Shown: positions 54,561-64,000 of the stretch, piece by piece
How the letters are laid out: every line of letters starts with the position of its first letter
How positions within the stretch are numbered: position 1 is the first letter of the stretch
Program-made: the position numbers and the translations under genes
The notes under the pieces: model-generated
Seen by the model: the letters and a program-made list of their open reading frames with translations, nothing else
Database searches by the model: none
Told to the model about the DNA's origin: nothing
DNA from: Octopus sinensis
Taxonomy: Eukaryota
NCBI RefSeq assembly: GCF_006345805.1
Contig: NC_043009.1
Coordinates: 71,176,001-71,240,000 of the forward strand
DNA: 64,000 nucleotides
Direction: 5' to 3'

Positions 54561-55544
54561 GTAATATATAAGTATATATATATATATAGATGCATATATG
54601 TGCTTTTATATGTCAGTATATCTTTGTATTCCGCTAATTACGAATATATCCACATATCTCTGAATATAATTACTTGCCAATTTACATAACTGTGTGTGCA
54701 TGTGTGTAAGTTTGTATGCAAGCATGTATGTATGCATGTATGTATGTATGTATGTATGTATGTATGTATGTATGTATGTATGTATGTATGTTGTCATACT
54801 AATAGTTCGTTGCAAAATCCAAAAGATACGAATGTCATTTAAAATCATATTTGTTTTGCTTTTAAACCAAAATGGAAGAGAAGCGGTACTATGACCAATT
54901 CTGAATTTAGTGGAATCTTTTTTCTTTTTTCTCTTTTGTCATTTTGTTTATGTTGTCATCATTACCGATTTTATCTTGATTGAAATCTATTGATCTGAAC
55001 AATAACTCTAAAATCTGAAGCCGCAGTCTGTTCAGATTTAATAAGGAACACTGATTCTAATAGCGAGAGTATCTTTTGTAGCGTGGACACTGGTTAGTGG
55101 ATAGTTAATGGAATAAATTTGCTTTAAAATAAAAGTCTCTGTATTAAGTCTCGTTTGGAAAAGAAGAACGTCGTCAACATTTCAGACCGATGACCTGCAC
55201 ACAACAGGTCGGCAACATTCACAACACATCGAAGGTAGTAAAGGGATCAGAACGACTCAGAACTGACCAACAGAAACAACACAGCGTGCAGACCCACCTG
55301 GTCCCTCAAACCTCCCAGAACAAATGAAAAATTACGGAGAACTCAACACACAGCGCATCAGAGCAAGTTACACGCAGAGCACATTCACAACAACGAAATA
55401 CAAACATTAAAACTGAAAGAAATGCGAGGGGCAGTTTTATCTCTCTTAAATATAAATTCCTTGACTGTTTAAGCAGTGAAGAATGTCTTTAAATATTCAA
55501 GAAATTGAAAATAAACAAAGAGAGCATTTCCCTACATTCTAAAA

Positions 55545-55732
55545 ACGCTCTCTCTCTCAATCTCTATTTCTCTCTCAATCTCTATTTCTCTCTCAATCTC
55601 TCTCTCCCAATTTCTCTCTCTCCCAATCTCTCTCTCTCTCAATCTCTCTCTCTCCCAATCTCTCTCTCTCCAATCTCTCTCTCTCAATCTCTCTCTCTCC
55701 CAATCTCTCTCTCTCTCTCAATCTCTCTCTCT

Positions 55733-55770
<38 letters not shown>
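55545..55770. repeat. (CT)n interrupted by caat (CTCTCAAT-type) repeat
   Basis: Directly visible. Confidence 0.9.
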
Positions 55771-55772
<2 letters not shown>

Positions 55773-55983
55773 CTCTCCTAAACGGCCAAGAAATACATAA
55801 AATACATTCGAACAGAATCAGCTGCAACCTTGTATGTTGCATACAGACCAGGTATAATTCTCCAGTCTACAAAGCCTAGCATCGCCACCGGATCATTCTA
55901 CACATCTGTGTGATTTTTCGCGCAATTCCACGAAGCCGTTTGACCGTGAATCCCAAGCCAAGAAAGAATTGCCCATGTCAACT

Positions 55984-56040
<57 letters not shown>

Positions 56041-56149
56041 ATACATGCAAGCGACAGATTCGTGATTGTATTCTTGTTTCGATGTCAATTAGTGCTTAAG
56101 TTAGTTGTCAGATGACAAACTTCTTTTAGTTGATGAGGCTGGGGAAGTG

Positions 56150-56730
56150 ACAGGTCCCATTGCCCTTACGAACCCTCCGAGATTATTAAGACTGATGTTG
56201 TTTGTTTTATTGAAACTTGCATTTCAACACTCACAGGAAAATCATGAATGAAGGGCTGACTTCAGAAGGACACTGTTTTTCAGGATGAAGAATTTGGCAT
56301 AGTGGTTGATGCGAGAAAAAGATTGTTGGACACATTGAGTGTGACATGTGTGCCCAGAAACAGAGATACGAGTGGCTTGGTGTGCCTTGGTGGTAGGAGT
56401 TTGAGATCAGCTTGCTCCGAGGAGCAGAGGACAGTATATTAGATCAGAAGTTGGAGTGTATCTGTTAGTAAAGCAAGGCAAACCAGACGAGCGACCCTTC
56501 TCTAGATCCGTTGCAAGGCGTCACTGTGAGTAACAGCACCGTCCCCTCTTTGGGAACACTATAGCATTGTGGACTTCACTCGAGCGTTGTAGAGTGTCAT
56601 CAGATGTTGGGGGATGAAATATTTTCTAATGGGAAGGGTAAGTCTTTGGAATGTGGTCCTAGCTAGGCTAAGAATATGTTTTCCCCGGGAGACTTCCTCG
56701 GCCGTAACGAGGCCCAGGAATCGAAATCAG
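56150..56730 (-). mobile_element. L2/CR1-group LINE 3' fragment
   Basis: RKYFIPQHLMTLYNARVKSTML.CS..GDGAVTHSDALQRI*RRVARLV. Confidence 0.7.
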
Positions 56731-57505
56731 TAACCGGTGCTCTACTCTTAGATTATATAATTCTCAAATGTTTTAGTCTTAACCTGTAATGAATATATAA
56801 GCTTTATCAGTCATTGAAGTGAATCATCATAAAAACGTGCAATTCGTAGGCAAAGGTGAACACAAACAACACACAGCCCACAAATTTCACTCAATATTTA
56901 TAAAATGCATATTCTAGATTGGACTGAATATATACGATGAACAAAAGCGCACGTCTTGGCTTAGAGCGAAAGTATGACGCTATATGTACCCGACCGAAAG
57001 GAACATGGATTTTGTAGTAAAAGAAAAGAAATGCAAATGTCGCCGTGTACATATGCTACACTGAAACATCTGAGATCAATCTGATTCACAGTTACCTACG
57101 TAGGTGTTGAACGTTAGGCAAGTAGCTTTAAACAAATAATATCGATTTATTACTTTAACATAAAAGACATCGAATTTATGAAGGAAGTGAACATTGTATG
57201 AGATTTATTCTTTTATCTAAAGCCTTCTGTTAAAAGATAAATTTTTAGCCAGAACCCGAAACAACATTACAGTGTATGATCAAATAATATTGCTCCTGAC
57301 CTGCCGGAATGACAAACGGTATATATATATTTTTTTAATTTCAAACCATTTCGTTATCACATTTAAGGCTAATGTCGTTAGAAAAAAAAAGATTAACGTT
57401 ACGAGTTACTGCTTCACATTACGAGTTACTGCTTCACATTACGAGTTACTCTAAGATCTTGGAACTGTCTAATATTCTCAGTAATTGCCTGGTTCTTAAA
57501 CTTAC

Positions 57506-57627
57506 CTCACTGTTGTAAGTCGAAATGGGAATGTCGATTCCTCGAATGGCATCTAAGATGGTCATATACAAACGATCTCCGTATTCTGATACAAAGTCAG
57601 TTAATTCTAACATGGTGTAAACAGGAT
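57506..57627 (-). CDS. Coding exon; (D)PVYTMLELTDFVSEYGDRLYMTILDAIRGIDIPISTYNSE
   Basis: Acceptor ttttatcttcttattttctcag and donor GAG|gtaagt. 122 nt, phase 1 to 0, high-complexity open frame. Confidence 0.85.
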
Positions 57628-57824
57628 CTGAGAAAATAAGAAGATAAAAAGGAAAATCGAGAATATTGAAGGTCACGTGTCAGCCGATGGCTGTGGAGGA
57701 AATTGAATTAAAAGATGGACAAATTCTAACATTTACTGAGAGTGTTTGATGTCTTAATCAAAAAAAAATCTGACGACAACTTGTCAGCATACACGTTTCA
57801 CGAAGAAGAAAGGGTCTTCAGATG

Positions 57825-58010
57825 ACGACGACGAAGAGGAGGAGGAGGAGGAGAAGAAGAAGAAGAAGAAGAAGAAGAAGAAGAAGAAGAAGAAGAAGAA
57901 GAAGAAGAAGAAGAAGAAGAAGAAGAAGAAGAAGAAGAAGAAGAAGAAGAAGAAGGGAAGGAGGAGAAGGAGGAGAAGAAAAAGAGGAAGAGGAGGTGAA
58001 GGAGGAGAGT
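57825..58010. repeat. (GAC/GAG/GAA)n purine tract
   Basis: Directly visible. Confidence 0.9.
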
Positions 58011-58480
58011 TTTCTTCAGAAGAGGAGGACAAGGCTGACACAGCTGACACCAGTGAAGTTGCAGATGTTGCCGCCAGAACAAAGAAAAAAGCTGGAGCAG
58101 TGGTGCAAGGCAACACAGCTGGCTGCTAAAGGAGCAGAATATATATTTGCCAACATAACGTGGCAGTCCTGAATAGGACTATGTTACGACTTTTTAACCC
58201 CAGGAAAACATCTTTTCCAGTTGGTTTATCGACAGCATGATCTGTGTCTGAGATATACTATAAATAAGGAGACCTACTACTCCTTTCTAGCCGTTGGCTG
58301 TACCAGCAGACCAATGGTTTCTGGGTAACTTTCCTTCTTCGGTACTGGGCAACAGCTTGGCTAGAGACAGCAGCCAGCCGACCTTACTCACAGTATATAC
58401 TTAACGAAGCATCTGTCAGTCACTGATTTCATATATATATATCTTTATATATATATATATATATATATTATACAAAACAA

Positions 58481-58705
58481 TGGAGAATTATACATTTTTA
58501 ACCAGCTTACACACGTTTCGGATACATTGGTATTACATACTTCTGCAATGTATTAATCATCTATATCAGTGGATCACTATTTCATTGACCAGTCTTCTGC
58601 ATAATTCGAGAAACGAACACTAACATATCCTTATCACAGAATTATGTAATAACAATGTATCCGAAATGCGTAGAAGCAGATTTTAGAAACGGGTATAATT
58701 CTCCA
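58481..58705. repeat. Degenerate inverted repeat (about 65-bp arms, 90-bp spacer) of PLE-terminus-like sequence
   Basis: tggagaattatac...cgtttcggatacattggtattacatacttctg / cagaattatgtaataacaatgtatccgaaatgcg...gtataattctcca. Confidence 0.8.
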
Positions 58706-59029
58706 GTCTATTGTATGTTTTTTCTATTGTACTCTGTGATCATAAACTGAATATATTCTGTGTATGAACCTTGGGGTTGCGAATGGCACAACGCGGAATA
58801 TAAATCTACGGTCCACGTAGTTTAAAATGGCTTTCACTGGTCAATTTGATTAGCTACGTTTGACTCCTACACAGTGCTTAAAATGTATTAGGCTGGATTT
58901 TACTTGTGCGTGTGCCTCTGTGTGTGTGTGTGCGTGCGCGTGTGTGTGCGTGTGTGCATGTGTGCGTGTGCGCGCGCATGCGTGTTCTTGTGCCTATGTG
59001 CGTGTGTGTGTGTGCGTGTATGTACAGGG

Positions 59030-59400
59030 TATGACGTTAAACTGCATCCGATGGTGAGGCTCCAGTTCGGCAGTTCTGGATTTGTGGGGAGTGTGGTGTC
59101 TACCATTACTGACGGCTCCGTTCTGGCCCGGAACGGTCGTACCTGACATCATACCATCTATGTTTTATATTGATTTCTCGGGACCAGAAGGGGCTTCCGT
59201 TATTTTTGACAAAGCCGTGGGAGAGGCAGCACTTGGAGGAGAAAGAAAACCCTGACATAAAACTTGCATTCAGAATAGGGGCAGTCATCTTGCAATACTT
59301 ATCACTGGAACCTACGACAGCGAGCGAGAAAGTGGCAAAACTGTTGTACAATGAATTTTGTCACTTAAATCCAATAACGTAGAGATGCGTCATCATCAGT
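59030..59400 (+). mobile_element. Probable L1/Tx1-like LINE C-terminal remnant
   Basis: SAVLDLWG...PDIIPSM...PEGASVIF parallels the CPSITDLW...IVKIAPP segment at 39.7 kb. Confidence 0.4.
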
Positions 59401-59420
59401 CATCATCATCAGTCATCACC

Positions 59421-59463
<43 letters not shown>

Positions 59464-60325
59464 ATGTAGGTATAGAAAGAGAGAAGGTGTATGAGAGAGA
59501 TATGGGAGGGAGAGAGAGAGAGAGAGAGAGAGTGAGAGAGAGAGAGAGACTGAAATAGAATCTTTGTGATTAAGTTGAAGTCACAGACATCGGTCGTCAT
59601 TAATTCTTTTTAGCTGGAGAAGCCATAAATATTATCGCTGAAGAACAACGACAACTGCGTCAATGACGTAAACTGCGATGCTATTTACAGAAAAACGATT
59701 TTGAAATAATCACAGGAAATCTGGGGAATATGAAGAAAAATGTCATTTTTAAATTTCCTTTTATTTTTATTTTTTCTCAAAATGTTCCATGCAAAAAGCT
59801 TATGTAAAGCAATAATTTTGTGAGTAGAAATACAAGGGATGAAATTTGAAATCGAAAAATGAAAGAAAGAATACAAATGAAAATCTGATGATAATCTGAG
59901 AGGAAAAGCACAGAGTGAAAGAATAAGTAGAAAGTCTTATGGAGTTGAATGGATGTTGAGATGACAGAAGTAATTCAGTTTCAAGGGGGGAAATAAGGAA
60001 ACATGAGAGAAAAACCCATCAAGTTATAAATCACAGCGACGACAATGCCTTGTTGCCAGCACAATGTTCTCAGTGAATATTTATTGAGATGGGTTTTGGG
60101 GGACGATTTACTCCTCTCTTTTGCAATGATTTCTTTTTATGTTCCGACATAAAATATCTCAATTCTTATTGGACAAGATATATCATCTTCGGTAAAAGAA
60201 TAAAAAGAGTTTATTCAACTCAACATTTTCGATATCCAAATGTTTCTATATTGCTATGGTTTCTAAACGGCAGATTTGCTCAAAATTCTGCTGAGTCTAT
60301 AGTATTCTATCTAGTATTCTGTGTA

Positions 60326-60548
60326 CAGTAATCCCTCGCCATATCGCGGTTCACCTATCGCGGTTTATTATTTAAGCTTGCATCGATTCCTCCATGGTGT
60401 TGTTTTGTATTTATAATAAAATAAATATATACAAATTATAAAAATAACATTAAAAGATATACAGTACAGTACTGTTTCTATTTCGCGGATTTTCTCCTAT
60501 CGCGGGAGGTTTTGGAACGTAGCAGCTACGATAGTCAAAGGATTACTG
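60326..60548. mobile_element. Tigger/pogo-like MITE
   Basis: TA|cagtaatccctcg ... agggattactg|CA; internal atcgcgg repeats. Confidence 0.8.
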
Positions 60549-61287
60549 CATACCATAGTCAAAACTTTAACAGTTATATTTTTGTCTCTTTTCTGTGGGA
60601 AGAAGAATTTTGTCAAAACAAAAATCGATCTAAAAAGCCATCATCTAGAAATGTAGGAAACTTTAACAGTTGGTATTTTCAAGTAAAGTCCGCGTATCAA
60701 CCGTGAATATGACGTCACTATTCTGAATCAGCAGAGGAGAAACCCGTAATAAATACTTCCTAAAAACCCCGCGAGAAAGATTTATTGAGAAAGAAAATAA
60801 TAACATTTACTTGCAGAAGGAGTTTCTAAAACACATAAATAAGTCGCATAATTATGAGGTTGCAAAGTCGAAACTTCATTACTGTTCTCAGCACAGATGC
60901 GCCGCCATAGTTTCTAATCTATGCGAAATATGGCGCTGTCTTCTGAGAACTCGCTTTAAGGTATCATCCGTCAAGCAGCACCCTCACCACCTCACCATCT
61001 CTTCCTACGAACCCCCACAAGTATTCATGAGCAGGTTTGGGTTCTGAACATTCCATTATCATCAAATCTCACTCAATTACACAAATGTGCTGCTGCTACC
61101 ACGCCCAAGCAGCAGCAATCAACATCGTCAATATTTCTTTGCCTTTCATTTTGACCTCTGTCTATTAAACCGTTTGAACTTGAACCGAATGACCTTTCGT
61201 TCCTTATGATAAATGGAAACAAAATAAGATTCTGCTCCTAAAATATTTATGATGGAGTGGGAGGATGATAAAATGCATTGTCCGTGG

Positions 61288-61340
<53 letters not shown>

Positions 61341-61409
61341 ACAGAGAGAGAGATTACATGAGATAATGTTTAGCATTTTCTCTGATACAGTCATATTTGC
61401 ATTACTTAC

Positions 61410-61464
61410 CTCTAACTCCAGCAAATAACACTTTTACATCTATTTTGTCATAATCTGCACAAAG
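61410..61464 (-). CDS. Coding exon (first in window) of an unidentified minus-strand gene; LCADYDKIDVKVLFAGVR(D)
   Basis: Acceptor ttttgctttcttttcttgaaattttcag and donor GAG|gtaagt. 55 nt, phase 0 to 1, joins the 57506-57627 exon in frame. Confidence 0.8.
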
Positions 61465-61589
61465 CTGAAAATTTCAAGAAAAGAAAGCAAAATAAGTAAG
61501 AGTTGTTCTTATGGTAAGTCAAAGATTTTGGGATTATTTGTCTTTTTAAGACTGCCCAACTTTTTGTCAATTACTTATTTGCTGTAATA

Positions 61590-64000
61590 TTCTTTGCTGC
61601 TCTAGGCACAATGCCCGAAATTTATGGGTGGGGGTCAGTCGATTAGAACGCCCCTAGTACGCAACTGATACTTAATTTATCGACCCCGAAAGGATGAAAG
61701 GTAAAGTCGACCTCGGCGGAATATGAACTCAGAACGTAGCGGCAGACGAAATACCTATTCCTTTACTGCCCACAAAGGGCTAAACATAGAGGGGACAAAC
61801 AAGGACAGACAAACGGATTAAGTCGATTGCATCGGCCCAGTGCATAACTGGTACTTAATTTATCGACCCCGAAAGGATGAAAGTTAAAGTCGACCTCGGC
61901 AGAATTTGAACTCAGAACGTAACGGCAGACGAAATAGCTATTTCTTTACTGCCCACAAGGGGCTAAACATGGAGAGGACAAACAAGGACAGTCAAACGGA
62001 TTAAGTCGATTACATCAACCCCAGTGCGTAACTGGTAAATATTTACTCGACCCCGAAAGGATGAAAGGCAAAGTCGACCTCGGCAGAATTTGAACTCAGA
62101 ACGTAACGGCAGACGAAGTAGCTATTTCTTTACTACCCACAAGGGGCTAAACATAGAGAGGACAAACAAGGACAGACAAACGGATTAATTCGATTACATC
62201 GACTCCAGTGCGTAACTGGTACATATTTACTCGACCCCGAAAGGATGAAAGGCAAAGTCGACCTCGGCAGAATTTGAACTCAGAACGTAACGGCAGACGA
62301 AATACCTATTTCTTTACTACTCACTAGGGGCTAAACATAGAGAGGACAAACAAGGACAGACAAACGGATTAAGTCGATTACATCGACTCCAGTGGGTAAC
62401 TGGTACATATTTACTCGACCCCGAAAGGATGAAAGGCAAAGTCGACCTCGGCGGAATTTGAACTCAAAACGTAGCGGCAGACGAAATACCTATTTCTTTA
62501 CTGCCCACAGGGGCTAAACATGGAGAGGACAAACAAGGACAGACAAACGGATTAAGTCGATTACATCAACCCCATTGCGTAACTGGTAAATATTTACTCG
62601 ACCCCGAAAGGATGAAAGGCAAAGTCGACCTCGGCGGAATTTGAACTCAAAACGTAGCGGCAGACGAAATACCTATTTCTTTACTGCCCACAAGGGGCTA
62701 AACATGGAGAGGATAAACAAGGACAGACAAACGGATTAAGTCGATTACATCAACCCCAGTGCGTAACTGGTAAATATTTACTCGACCCCGAAAGGATGAA
62801 AGGCAAAGTCGACCTCGGCAGAATTTGAACTCAGAACGTAACGGCAGACGAAGTAGCTATTTCTTTACTACCCACAAGGGGCTAAACATAGAGAGGACAA
62901 ACAAGGACAGACAAACGGATTAATTCGATTACATCGACTCCAGTGCGTAACTGGTACATATTTACTCGACCCCGAAAGGATGAAAGGCATGGTCGACCTC
63001 GGCAGAATTTGAACTCAGAACGTAACGGCAGACGAAATAGCTATTTCTTTACTACCCACAAGGGGCTAAACATAGAGAGGACAAACAAGGACAGACAAAC
63101 GGATTAAGTCGATTACATCGACTCCAGTGCGTAACTGGTACATATTTACTCGACCCCGAAAGGATGAAAGGCAAAGTCGACCTCGGCGGAATTTGAACTC
63201 AAAACGTAGCGGCAGACGAAATACCTATTTCTTTACTGCCCACAAGGGGCTAAACATGGGGAGGACAAACAAGGACAGACAAACGGATTAAGTCGATTAC
63301 ATCAACCCCAGTGCGTAACTGGTAAATATTTACTCGACCCCGAAAGGATGAAAGGCAAAGTCGACCTCGGCAGAATATGAACTCAGAACGTAGCGGCAGA
63401 CGAAATACCTATTTCTTTACTACCCACAAGGGGCTAAACATAGAGAGGACAAACAAGGACAGACAAACGGATTAATTCGATTACATCGACTCCAGTGCGT
63501 AACTGGTAAATATTTACTCGACCCCGAAAGGATGAAAGGCATGGTCGACCTCGGCAGAATTTGAACTCAGAACGTAACGGCAGACGAAATACCTATTTCT
63601 TTACTACCCACAAGGGGCTAAACATAGAGAGGACAAACAAGGACAGACAAACGGATTAAGTCGATTACATCGACTCCAGTGCGTAACTGGTACATATTTA
63701 CTCGACCCCGAAAGGATGAAAGGCAAAGTCGACCTCGGCGGAATTTGAACTCAAAACGTAGCGGCAGACGAAATACCTATTTCTTTACTACCCACAAGGG
63801 GCTAAACACAGAGAGGACAAACAAGGACAGACAAACGGATTAAGTTGATTACATCGACTCCAGTGGGTAACTGGTACATATTTACTCGACCCCGAAAGGA
63901 TGAAATGCAAAGTCGACCTCGGCGGAATATGAACTCAGAACGTAGCGGCAGACGAAATACCTATTTCTTTACTACCCACAAGGGGATAAACACAGAGAGG
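61590..64000 (-). repeat. SINE-derived 184-bp tandem array (13 units visible, runs off the window), ending in a normal SINE 3' tail
   Basis: cgaccccgaaagg at 61681, 61864, 62048, 62232, 62416, 62599, 62783, 62967, 63151, 63335, 63519, 63703 and 63887. Confidence 0.98.

Noticed and set aside
57822-58172. Acidic/basic ORF resembling a nucleolar protein
   Set aside because: Mostly (GAA)n; the short unique tail reads in conflicting frames and has no splice support.
61590-64000. tRNA gene cluster or hammerhead satellite
   Set aside because: Units have a B-box only, with no A-box or cloverleaf, and no CUGANGA core on either strand.

Overview
AT-rich, repeat-dense eukaryotic DNA. The SINE families and microsatellite load suggest an octopus/coleoid cephalopod (inference). 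Most of the window (1637-61464) lies inside one minus-strand protein-coding gene. I reconstructed seven short GT-AG exons (61410-61464, 57506-57627, 18556-18672, 16642-16688, 5807-5870, 2886-2975, 1637-1699) that splice in frame into the C-terminal 185 aa of a protein I do not recognise. The introns hold tRNA-derived SINEs, decayed Tc1/mariner, hAT, Merlin and Tigger-like DNA transposons, CR1/L2-, Tx1- and R4/Dong-like LINE fragments, Penelope-like (PLE) fragments, and very long microsatellites. Two themes stand out. (1) Hammerhead-ribozyme (HHR) modules: a perfect 131-bp palindrome of two back-to-back type I hammerheads (53480-53610), a minimal HHR at 52913-52954, two older palindromic HHR-like dimers (21827-22009, 58481-58705) and several remnants. 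(2) One SINE family associated with three tandem repeats: a 184-bp array with a trimeric higher-order pattern (61590 to window end), a 3.7-kb 32-bp minisatellite, and a 28-bp repeat at the SINE 5' end. No rRNA, true tRNA or CRISPR array was found. All folding and homology calls were made by eye and need computational confirmation.
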